DNA of 63,847 bases, filler included, from Reticulomyxa filosa (taxonomy: Eukaryota; Protista; Foraminifera): the NCBI GenBank assembly GCA_000512085.1. It is 17 parts of 17 records of this genome, joined end to end, with 100 filler letters (N's around TTAATTAATTAA, not from the genome) between each part and the next. Parts side by side here need not be neighbours in the genome. Positions count along the whole stretch, not along the records: positions 1 to 6,577 come from ASPP01024721.1; positions 6,678 to 7,830 come from ASPP01027660.1; positions 7,931 to 13,272 come from ASPP01050162.1; 14 more parts are not named here. One strand, 5' to 3'. Shown one piece after another: positions 1 to 10,900 of the stretch (positions are counted from its first letter, which is position 1; every line of letters starts with the position of its first letter). A program made the translations under genes and the position numbers. Below the pieces are notes generated by a model, which saw only the letters and a list, made by a program, of their open reading frames with translations, made no database searches and was not told the DNA's origin.

Positions 1-31
<31 letters not shown>

Positions 32-159
32 TTACTCTTAATCATCGTGCTATTCTTTGAAAAAACCTTACGTTTTTTTCAAGCTTTACTGTGTATCAGC
101 AAGATATCGTCGCTTATATCAAGCTGATCTTTGCTCAAGTATAGTTACTATAAAAGTTT

Positions 160-405
160 GGAACCTTTCCGGAACAGGTCGGAACAGCTTCGGAACAGTT
201 TATAGTAGTATATAGCGATAAACTAAACTGTTGGTGAACTGTCACTACAAATTTTTTTTCCGTCGTCTATACTTGGAACATTGTCGGAACACTCGGAACA
301 CCTTGGAACATTCTCGGAACGCTGATATATAGATATATAATTATCTATAGTATTGTTCGGAACATTGTTGGAACGTGTTACAGCACAACAGACAGCTGCT
401 GGAAC
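160..405 (+). repeat. Phased GGAAC motif array in the LINE 5' UTR (putative internal promoter)
   Basis: GGAAC at 160, 171, 181, 192, 275, 286, 295, 305, 316, 359, 370 and 401, with TATAAAAG at 149-156. The promoter role is inferred. Confidence 0.7.
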
Positions 406-413
406 AATCAACA

Positions 414-2036
414 ATGGAAACAAACAATAATTCGCAGTTTATGTTATCGGTGTACGCAACAAAGTCACTGAATAGAAAAAGAAAGAAGTTACCGGAAAAT
501 GAAAATGAAAATAATAATAATGAGCATTCATGTCACCAGCCCAAGAACAAAAGGCAAAAAACTGAAATTAATGCTCCATCATTAGAAGCAATACCTGAAA
601 ATAAAGAACAAGATACGGAAATCGAAAAAATTGCAACAGTAAATAATATAAATGAAGAAAAGAAAAATGATGAGGTAAATGAAGAAAATGTTTGGAAAAA
701 AAGCAGAAAAGTTCGACGGTTATATTTCTGTGCAAATTTTCCAACTTTAGTCATTACTCCTGTCAAAGGACGAATGCTGTTATCCGCATCGTCATTGGTT
801 CGTTTTATGGGACTTGATCAAAATTATATCCGATTAAAAGTCAAGGCTCATACACATTCAGCAAGTTGGAGAACACTTTATGTTCACCTATCAAAAGAAA
901 TTCAAACCTCTGAATTGGAAGATATTTCGAAACGATTTAATGACATCCACAGCAAACAATCAGTTCGAAATGATGCAAAAGATGGCAATGAAGTACAATT
1001 TGTGACTCCGAAATGTAGTATATTTCAAAAAACATACTCGGAAGAAGCAAAAAAGAAGAGGCTTGAAGATGTAAATAATCCAGATGTGAATCGTTATGTG
1101 TTACTCAAAAATATTAACTTACGAGAATCGGAGAAAGAAATTATTAGCTCGCTTGAAGAATACAAGTATAAAATTCAAGAATGTAAACGTTTTAAAGGAC
1201 TACCGATAGTAAAAGTATTAATGTCGTCAGCGGAAGATGTAAAACGCATTTTAAGTGATAATAATATCTTCATTGGGTATCAAAAAGTGAAATGTGAAAT
1301 ATTTGATCAAAATCGTCGTCGTCCAAGGAAATCGTTCAAGCAATGTCGTAAATGCCACGGTTTGAACCATATTGCAAATGAATGCAATAAAAAACCGGTG
1401 TGCAAGTATTGTGGAAGAATAAATCATAATTCGACACAATGCAAGTTTAAGAAATCACCAAAGAAATATCAATGTGTGTTATGTAAAGGAAATCATAGAA
1501 GTGATTCATTGATATGTCCAAAAACTCAAGAGATCAGACAGAAACTTGGTATTGCTTTCACCAGACGCGAAAATGAAATTATCAATAGGAAAAAGGATCA
1601 AAACAATAATCAAAATCAAAAAGGAAATCATGCAGCTGCAAAACCCAAGAAAAATCCAAATGAACAAGTACAAACGAAAGTCCAAATCATGAACAAACAA
1701 AAATTGGCTCCAAGTCAACAACCAGAGCACAAAAACAACCCAAGAAATCAATTGGAGTCTATAAATAACTTTGGAAAACAAACTCAGACAAGAAATATCA
1801 ACAAGAAAGATATTGGAAATCATTATTCGTTTGATAGTCATGAAAATGATGAAATTGCTTTTCTTCGATCTGAAGTTGCCAGTTTAAAATCTACCATAAA
1901 CAAAATGAATCTACTTCTTAACAAGTTAATGCCATTTATTGAGAATAAATTAGATAATGGGGACTCAAATGATTTCTCAAAAAACATGAATTCCAATGCA
2001 AATGATACAACGGATGAAACTATGGATCAATGGTAA
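414..2036 (+). CDS. LINE ORF1, gag-like nucleic-acid chaperone
   Basis: First ATG at 414. RRM/PRE_C2HC-like segment (RYVLLKNINLRESEKEI...IFIGYQKVKCE), then three knuckles CRKCHGLNHIANEC, CKYCGRINHNSTQC, CVLCKGNHRSDSLIC, and a C-terminal coiled coil. Confidence 0.9.
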   Translation: METNNNSQFMLSVYATKSLNRKRKKLPENENENNNNEHSCHQPKNKRQKTEINAPSLEAIPENKEQDTEIEKIATVNNINEEKKNDEVNEENVWKKSRKVRRLYFCANFPTLVITPVKGRMLLSASSLVRFMGLDQNYIRLKVKAHTHSASWRTLYVHLSKEIQTSELEDISKRFNDIHSKQSVRNDAKDGNEVQFVTPKCSIFQKTYSEEAKKKRLEDVNNPDVNRYVLLKNINLRESEKEIISSLEEYKYKIQECKRFKGLPIVKVLMSSAEDVKRILSDNNIFIGYQKVKCEIFDQNRRRPRKSFKQCRKCHGLNHIANECNKKPVCKYCGRINHNSTQCKFKKSPKKYQCVLCKGNHRSDSLICPKTQEIRQKLGIAFTRRENEIINRKKDQNNNQNQKGNHAAAKPKKNPNEQVQTKVQIMNKQKLAPSQQPEHKNNPRNQLESINNFGKQTQTRNINKKDIGNHYSFDSHENDEIAFLRSEVASLKSTINKMNLLLNKLMPFIENKLDNGDSNDFSKNMNSNANDTTDETMDQW

Positions 2037-5000
2037 ATCATCTAAAAATTTATCAAAATAATATAAATGGCTTTTACTCAAAGTCACAGATATTAGAACA
2101 AAATTTATATCACTCACAACCACATGTTTGTTTGCTTCAAGAATGTTTTCGTTCTGAGAAGCAAAATACCGAATATCACTCTCAACATTTGTATAATCAT
2201 TATTGGAGTGAGACAGGGAGATCAGGAATTTTTTGTAGAAAAGATCTTCATTCAACCAGAAGATTAATATTTCTGCATCCATATAAATTTGATATGTTGG
2301 GATATGAATCTTGTTGGGTAGAAGTCTCATATCCAGGTCAACATAAACCGTTGTTATTTTGCAGTATTTACAGGAATATTCAAAAATACGTTGTAATTGC
2401 AGACGAAGAAGAAGAAGAAGAAGAAAAAGGAAAGGAAGGAAATCAGCTACCTTTTAATGCCAATGCATTTTACTTGTGTGAATTTAAAAAAGAATTGTCA
2501 GCTGCCAAGAAAATATCTGATCACATCATTATTGGTGGCGATTGGAATGCCCATCATCCTGCTTGGTTAGATGAAAATGTCGATGAAATGGGAGAAGCGG
2601 TCCTTGAATTTATTATTTCAAATAATCTGCACATTTTAAATTCATATCCCTATGATTGTACTTATTATAAATACAATGCATCTTCATCTATAGATGTTAC
2701 TTTATGCTCTTCATCATTGGTAGGTCTTTGTAATAACTGGAGGACAGACGAAGATGAATTCGATGTACATTCCGATCATTTACCTATTACTTTCAATATT
2801 TTTGCACAATGGGCGCCACAAAATATTAAAAGACAGAAAATAGTTACTTGGAATTTGTCAAGTAATAATTGGGAAATGTTTCGACAACATTTAACAAGAA
2901 ACTTAAATGTATGGAAAAACTCGCTAATAAATTCACAAGCAGAAATTTCCTCGGAATCTCCTCTAGATCGAGCAGTGAAATCTTGGAGTGATTATGTGAT
3001 TAATGCTGGACAGGCCACAATTGGACAAAAAACTGTTTGGAAGGGAAATAAACCTTGGTGGAGTAATAAACTGTATAAATTGCGCAAAAAAGTACATCAA
3101 TTGAAAAGAAATTTTAGAAAAAACAGGACATCAGAAAATTATGAACGATATAAAGAAACAGCTCGATCATTAAAAAGACTTCTTCGATGTGAAAAACAAA
3201 TGTACATTACAAAAAGCATTGAATCATTACATGAAGGAAATACAAGACAAATGTTTTGTCAATTCCGATCATTAAACTCAAATAAAATTGCAATAATTCC
3301 ATCATTGATAATTCCAGGAAAAGATGAAGAGAAAGGATCGATTGCCGAAAATGATATCGACAAAGCAAATTTATTAGCTCATTGGTTTTCTCAACCACCG
3401 CAGCCCTCCAGAACCATCTAATGAAGATAAAGAACACTATGAATATGTTGAAGATGAAATATGTTCGGTGGTACAAATGTCAAGAGAAATTGAGTTGAAT
3501 GAATTCTTTTTACTGCACGAATGGTATCAATCTGAAATTACTGAAGAAGAAGTAATAGAAGCGATACGTCATATATCTGCATATAAATCACAAGGACCAG
3601 ACAATATTCATAATTTAATGCTAAAAAATGGTGGACAAAGTTTAATTGATTCACTTGTAATACTCTTTGGATGGAGCTACAGAATTGGTTATTTTCCCAA
3701 AGAATGGAAAAAATCAAATATTGTAGCTATTCCCAAACCAGATCGTGATCCAAGTATTTGTAAAAATTACAGGCCAATATCATTATTATCATGTGTAGGA
3801 AAATTGATGGAAAGGATTATAACAATGAGATTAATGAAATATTTGAATGAAAATCAAATGCTACAACAAAACCAAGCAGGGTTCCAATCGTGGCATAACA
3901 CATCAGAACTACTTCTACGTTTATCAGAATCAATTCATGCATCATTTGATAAAAATGGAGTAACATATGCAGCAATGTTAGATATTTCAGCTGCTTACGA
4001 TAGTGTTTGGCGTGATGGACTACGTTATAAAATGAGAAATGAGTTTAATCTTCGTGGTAGGCTTTATTGGTGGATTGATAGTTTTTTATCGGACAGATCA
4101 GGAAAGGTTGTCCTAAATGGTACCAATTCATCAATTTATGAATTCAACACTGGAGTTCCACAAGGATCATCTTTGTCTCCATTACTGTTTCTATTATACA
4201 TCAATGATATTACACAGGAAATCTATGAACCAATTCAATGTGGAATGTTTGCAGATGATGTTGCATTGTGGACATCAATTTATACGTCAAATGTAGGAGA
4301 AATGACACGTCAATTGCAGCTGCTCCAAAATAGCCTTGATGGAATAGCATCATGGGCATCAAAATGGAAATTGTTATTATCATCAGAAAAATCTCAATGC
4401 ATTACATTCCGTAATAAAAATAAAAGAAAGTATACGTCAATGTTCCTTCATCTCAGAGATGAAAAAATTCCAGAAACAAATAAAGTCAAATATCTGGGAT
4501 TAATTATGGATACACAACTATCGTACAAAGAACACATTAATTACGTATACGGGAAGGCTGCAAGAAAACTTGGCTATTTGACTTTTCTCTGTTCGTACAA
4601 AGGAATTAGACCCAGTTTGAGTGTCTATAATTTATTATATAAGACAATAATTAGACCTAATTTGGAATATGCATGTGCATTCTGGAATGGTGCTCCTGAA
4701 TCACATAAGAAAAAATTGGAAAAAATTCAAAGAATAGCAATGTGCAGAATATTGGGAGTAATGAAAAGTACAGCTTATGACACTGTCAACATTTTATCTC
4801 AAATGCCTCCTTTGGAATTAAGAAGACAACAAGAAGAGGTAAAATTATTCCAAAGATGTGAAAATCATATGCAAAATTTTCCTAATCACAATCTCAGCCA
4901 AGCATACCAATTATGGCAAAGCAATCACAATTTCAAACCTGATGAATATTTCTGTTGGTTAGGGAAACTTTCGACTTTATCTCGTGCATGTATTAACATA

Positions 5001-6125
5001 GAATTAGCTGGATTACATGGAATTAAAAATACTCCTCAAATAAAGCCATTACAAAGTATTCCACTAAAGTATCCAACTCTTATCCCACACCCAACTAAAT
5101 CACCATTTGCAAGATGGTGTGAACCATCATCAAGTCAAATATTGACATCATTGGATAACGACTGTGTGATTATATTTACAGATGCTAGCACAATTCCAAA
5201 TCCAGGTTTTGGTGGAGTTGGACTCGTGGTTCAAGACCCATCTATGTCTAAGTGGATTGAATTACAAATTCCTATCCAAGGTATCACGACAAATATTGGA
5301 TGCGAAATTGAATCAATCAAAATTGCACTGGAGTATGTATTAAAATACTATCAAGACAAGGAATATAGGGTAGTAATATTGAATGACTGCAAATTTGCAG
5401 TAAATGCAATTATGAACAGATGGGATGCAGAAATGTATAAAACTCAAGTAAATACATGCCAAAAATTAATGTTACAAATGGAACCAATAAACATACCAGA
5501 AATCTATTGGATCAAAGGTCATTCAGGTATTCCAGGCAATGAAAAAGCAGATGAAGTGGCAAAACGAGCAAGAGAAAGTGCTCAAAAAAATCAACCTGAA
5601 TTGTATCAAAGACCTGATAAAAGTGCATCATTTTTGAATGCAGATGGATTAAATCCCTATTTCACATTAATGTGGAATAGACATTGGACAAATGAGGGGA
5701 ATGAAAAAGGTCAACACAAGCATCCAAAAACATTTATACGTAATCTCATGGAAGCACAATCGTTTGAAAAAATTGTGCTCCATCGATTGGAGGTGCATGA
5801 AAGAAGGATAATTTGCAGAATTATTACAGGAAAAGTGGGATTAAATTATTATCTCCATAAAATTAATCGTGCAGATGCACCAGAATGCAAATGGTGCAGC
5901 AATGAAGTCGAAACTGTGGCTCATTTCTTGATGAAATGTCCACACTATAATGATATACGTACAGAGTGGTATGCAAATATTGTGAGCATACTTCCTGAGT
6001 TAGATGAGAAAAAATTTAATTTGAAGAAATTGGTAATTGGTGACAAAAAATGGTCATCTGAAAAAAGAATAAAGATCGTGAAAGAATTGGTTAGATTTGT
6101 TGCAGCGACAAGGAGAAAAATATGA
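2030..6125 (+). CDS. LINE ORF2 polyprotein (APE endonuclease, reverse transcriptase, RNase H, CCHC finger), split by a 1-nt frameshift near 3404-3406
   Basis: APE motifs QNNING, LLQE, GGDWNAHH, SSIDVT, SDHLPI. RT motifs GPDNI, NYRPISLLS, QAGF, LDISAAYDSV, GVPQGSSLSP, FADD, KYLG. RNase H motifs FTDAS, CEIESI, LNDCK, WIKGHSGIPGNEKAD. Finger CKWC...HFLMKC. The ATG overlaps the ORF1 stop. Removing one C from CAGCCCTCCA joins the 463-aa and 885-aa ORFs (QPPQPPEPSNEDKEHYEY). Confidence 0.92.
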
Positions 6126-6577
6126 CCGAGAATTGTACGTATGCATAGTAAAGAAACACCAAAAATAAAGAAGATTAGTGGAAATGAAAAATTTAAAGCG
6201 GACAAAGATAATCAATCATCGAGCAAACATTGGCCTGAATTTCAGGCAAAAACAGTGAAAGTGTGCTGTGACGAGAGCTGGTGAGTACCTGGAACCAGGG
6301 ACACATCCTGCGTTCAGCAGACAAACTGAACCACTTGAAACAATAAAGAAAAAATTTCTTTTTCTTGGAAAAAAATAAAATTATTGAAAAATTTTTGGTT
6401 TGAAACAATTTTGAATTTTCTGTTTTTCTTTTTGAGTGCCATGTCCTTTTTGGACCAGGTACGACTAACTTGTTTTGTTTGCAGAGTGGCTAAGGTGCGA
6501 TGTAGCTGTTTGTTGAGTGATCAACAACCAGCAGTCGCAACCACCTGCGCAAGTGAAAAAAAAAAAAAAAAAAAAAA

Positions 6578-6677
6578 NNNNNNNNNNNNNNNNNNNNNNN
6601 NNNNNNNNNNNNNNNNNNNNNTTAATTAATTAANNNNNNNNNNNNNNNNNNNNNNNNNNNNNNNNNNNNNNNNNNNN
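6578..6677. other. Artificial contig linker N44-TTAATTAATTAA-N44 (first of 16)
   Basis: Identical 100-bp spacers carrying a six-frame-stop 12-mer at 6578-6677, 7831-7930, 13273-13372, 19151-19250, 25376-25475, 27200-27299, 29162-29261, 32228-32327, 34180-34279, 36264-36363, 38080-38179, 40348-40447, 42220-42319, 48339-48438, 53828-53927 and 55257-55356. Confidence 0.98.
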
Positions 6678-6708
<31 letters not shown>

Positions 6709-6809
6709 ACGTATATATGTATATATGTACATTTATCATAGTAATATGCTAGAGGTCATATACACATATGAGCCACACTGTTTTGAATGTGTATATGTGT
6801 AATGTTCAG

Positions 6810-7676
6810 AAAATTTGCTGTTTGTCAGTGAAGTGATTCATATGAAAGACAAGTTTAAAGAGTTGGGTTAATTTTTTTTTTTTTTTTTTTTAAGAAATAG
6901 ATATTTCTTGAGATTTCGTGCCATAGTTGCTTTTACATGACAATCAATAATTGCATTGCATTTAAAAAAAAAAAGTGTAACATTAGAACAGTATCCGACA
7001 TTGCAGTGGACGAACGAGGATGACAATACGGAGAAGAAGATCGACAATACAGTGGCGACAGCCATGGTGGCGGAATCGGAACATGCATCTGGGGAACGCC
7101 ACACGATCGAACCTCAGCTTTCAATAGACGACAACGACACTATCTTGGCCGTGAGCAGCGTCGATCAAAAGATCCTGTCGACGGATCTGCAAAGAATCAA
7201 ACTGATGGAATCGAGCAGACAGTCAATGCTACTATCGCAATCAGACAAGGCTCTTCACAGCAGCACGGCGGAAATGACCAAGCTTGGTCCTAATCCCGCT
7301 CCGCTGTCTTCTCAGATATCAAGCATCCCTGACACGCTGGTCGTGCCGTCCATCACCACCACCACCACCACCACAAACGCACAACCACTATCGCTGCAAA
7401 AACAAGGCACTGTTGACGACCCTTGCTTGCCTTCGGCCATCGACGCCACCAACAAAACAGACATCCAAGATGAATTACCCTCCAAAAAACCGCTGCACGT
7501 GCGCAACACCGCTTTGAACTTGGAACTCACCTCCAAGCAACTCAACCTGCCGCAACTGCCCAAAGATCTCACTCGCACGCACACCATGCTGGAAGACGAT
7601 ATTGTCACATGCATTCGTATGATCTGCAGGAAATTCGTCGGCAATGGAAGTATATATCAAGTTAATATTTCACATG
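6810..7676 (+). CDS. RGS-domain protein, internal exons (partial)
   Basis: The exon at 6810-6866 encodes ENLLFVSEVIHMKDKF. The next exon ends ICRKFVGNGSIYQVNISH. These are the two hallmark RGS segments, separated here by a long Ser/Thr-rich insert. Confidence 0.65.
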
Positions 7677-7788
7677 GTATGTCAAGTTTTCTTTGCTTTG
7701 TTTTGTTTTGTTTTGTTTTGTTTTCCAAAAATTTTGATTGCGCTGTCAGCAAATTTTATCATTTAAAGAGAGAGAAACGGGACGGGGG

Positions 7789-7830
<42 letters not shown>

Positions 7831-7930
7831 NNNNNNNNNNNNNNNNNNNNNNNNNNNNNNNNNNNNNNNNNNNNTTAATTAATTAANNNNNNNNNNNNNN
7901 NNNNNNNNNNNNNNNNNNNNNNNNNNNNNN

Positions 7931-10900
7931 CATATTGCTGTTGGAGTCTAAGAGTTTCCACTCAATCTTTTCTCATCCGTTTGCCCCCTCTCTTATCGGG
8001 AATATTGAAACTGAAGGACACCAAATCGATAATGAAGCCACTTTAAGATAGAAAAACAAATAAAGTTTGTGGCAACGAATATATTTATAAAATTTTAAAT
8101 GGATCTCAAATGATTTATAGAAATGCCTAATTTGTTGTGGAATGCATTTTGTTCTATGACAGTAACAATAGCTCAGCGCAGAAAAAGAGTTGAGCTTTTT
8201 CTTATTTCAAAATTCTTTTCACTTAAAAGATTAACTATAACCTCCAATCAAAAAATAAAAAAAAATTTTAATAAATAAAAAGACGGCCAGTGAATACCTA
8301 GCAATTGTCCCAGATCTGCCAAGTATGCAAAAATACTTGCTGACTATCACCTGTTATATTCAACGCACAAAATTTTCATCATTGGGTCAGCATTGTTGCA
8401 TTCAGCCGAAAGTTCTAACATTGTTGAGTTTTGTGTGTTTGTGTATTGTATGCGTCGCAATCGTTTTACACTTTGTTTTGTTTTTTTGATTGAGTGAGAA
8501 AAGGAATAATCTCAAAAAAATTGATTGGTTGCCTTTTTATAGAAAAGCAACAAAATGTGAAACTTCTCCAAAAAAGATATCTGCACAACTCCGATCCCTT
8601 GTAAATATGCTTATTGCCTTCCCGCTCGTTTTAACAGGACTGCCATTTAAGGTCGTTATCTTGTGAAGGCGGACAGATCCAACTGAGGAATAAGTGTGAT
8701 ATTGCAGCTGAATTCACAAAGCACACATTTACAATAAAATGTGTAAGTGGAAGCAATCATCATTGACATTTATTACTTTTCCTGTTGGCAATGTTTATGT
8801 ATTTCAAAAGATCAATTTCAATTTATTAATCACGCCATTTTATCAGTCCGTAGTGTACATTTTCCTGATTTGTATTCAAATCTGAAATGAGGTAAAAGAG
8901 ACGGCAATGGCAACGAAACGGACTCAATAGTAATGGAAATAGAGTGGAGGCAGTATTCGTGACCGTTTTTTTTTACACTTAATAACTTTGTCGTTGTTTA
9001 TGTTGGTCCGTCGCTTTGTCTCGAATATGGATGGAGGCAAGTGGACCAGCATTGCTTCAACAAAAAATGATTGGCTGCGTTCGTCTTTGTGATGGCGAGG
9101 TTGTTAATGTATTTTGTGAGATGGAGTGACTCTTGGAAATACAGTCCATCATTCATTAGTTATTACTGCAACCATTTGTATCGCCTGTGGACTTAACGCA
9201 TTCTAGTTGTTGTAAAAACAAAACAAAAACAACAAATTAATTCAAATTGTTTAGAGAGAAAGACAAAAATAATTAATGTATTTTTAACTTTAGCCTTCTT
9301 GCGAATGCGTTCGAATCAACCAAGCCAACTATTTCATGCCAATCTTATTTGACGATAACAACAGATTTTTTACATTGAAAAAACAATCCAACCATCAATT
9401 AGATTGCAGTAATATTTTCCACCAAGTCAACACGAAAGTCATATCAATTATACATTGGAGTTCATACAGCATAATTGTATTAATATCCGTAAAAAGAAGC
9501 CACAAATATTTGATTGAATTATGCGCATTGACAAGTTGAAGTGAATCGATTAAATTAGTGTGCACTAATTTGAGTATTGTTGTATGATTGTAAGTCCATA
9601 CATATCATACATAACAACTTAAAGTATTGGTGAAATGGATTCCTTGTATCATCCTCTTTATTCACGTTATCTTCTTGCCTCTCAATAGCTCACACTTCTT
9701 ACACGATTCATTGTTAGTCATCATAATCCATATGCCACAATACTACTGATCCACATATTTTGCTTCCTTCTTTTTCTGTTCTTCTTCCCTTAATATACTC
9801 TTCTTCTTTTTCTTTATCCTCTTCCTCTTTCTTTCATTACAAATCTACAATTAAATTATCCATGCTCACATTGTTTTAGTAAAGATATTTCACAACAACT
9901 GAAAATATGATAAAAATAACATATACCTTCAGATAAAGCTGCTATCCTTCGTGATTGGTCTTTTTGTACGCCATTCTTTTGATTGTTCTGGAGTTGGTGA
10001 TATGCATTTTCTACCTTGAATTCAGGTAAAGCAGAATTGCATACGATGAAGAAATTCTCCACAGAATATGCGTTTATTTGAACTTTTCCTCTTTTCTTGT
10101 CGCTCGCACTTACATTCGTTACAGCTATGATGAAGCTATCTTTTCTGAACTGTATGTATTATATTCATTGATTTGTGCACTTAATAAACAATCCACTTTT
10201 GAGCTTTGATTGCGATGAACCAAGAAAACACCAAGCCGGACAACGGTATAATTGCGCTGCGTCTGTCCATAGATTTGATTCATATTGTCTTTGTAATTTT
10301 TGGTGATGACTTGTGGTATGTATAATATTTTGAGATTGGAAATGTAATTTTGAGTTGCTAATTGGATATCAAATGATCAATTCGTGGTGGAATGTAGGCA
10401 GTGTATTGTCGAAGGAGATCGAGTGGCTCACAAATAGTGCCAATATTATCTGCAAGTCGATGATAAGACTTTAATGCTTCAATTCACCATTCAAACCTCG
10501 ACTATTTATCCAAGATAGAGTCTGCAATACATACGTATTATAAGCCGATTCTGCTCTGGACAACTTGTCAATAATATCAATTCTTTCACTTGAGCGATAT
10601 TTTTGTTGCTAAAATCTATTTTCACAGGAATATAGTATCATCTGTATATTATTCAAGAAAAAAAAAAGTATTCAACCAAGTACATACTTATTCCAAATTT
10701 ACTTCAACGATTGATCTTTTTTCTTCTTTTGATTGCGAGATTTGGGCATATGGAACTTGGTTTTGTATTATTTCTATATTGCAGCGTCCAATTCTTAAGC
10801 ACGAAATATCGATGACCTAGAACGCTTGTCCGACTTGAAGATAAAGTATTAAAATGTTAATACTTGTTCAATTTGTACGAGCATGCGGTGTTCAAGAATG

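Larger units (their letters stand above)
28..6577 (+). mobile_element. Near full-length non-LTR retrotransposon (LINE) with RNase H, I-group-like architecture
   Basis: Intronless two-ORF layout: gag-like ORF1, then APE-RT-RNaseH-zinc finger ORF2, a ~430-nt 3' UTR and a poly-A run. Exact ends and target-site duplication are not visible because the contig ends in poly-A on both sides. Confidence 0.93.

Noticed and set aside
6281-6484. Intron in the LINE 3' UTR (GTGAGT...ACTAAC...TTTGCAG)
   Set aside because: An intron would be lost on retrotransposition, the signals do not match the host intron style, and these bases are explained by RNA stems. Not excluded without cDNA.
6481-6510. tRNA A-box-like or U2 snRNA-like sequence (GCAGAGTGGCTAAGG...TGTAG)
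   Set aside because: There is no B-box or cloverleaf, and no further U2 similarity or Sm site.
6622-6633. Recurrent TTAATTAATTAA palindrome as a biological repeat or CRISPR-like unit
   Set aside because: It is always centred in N44 padding, so it is an artificial six-frame-stop linker.
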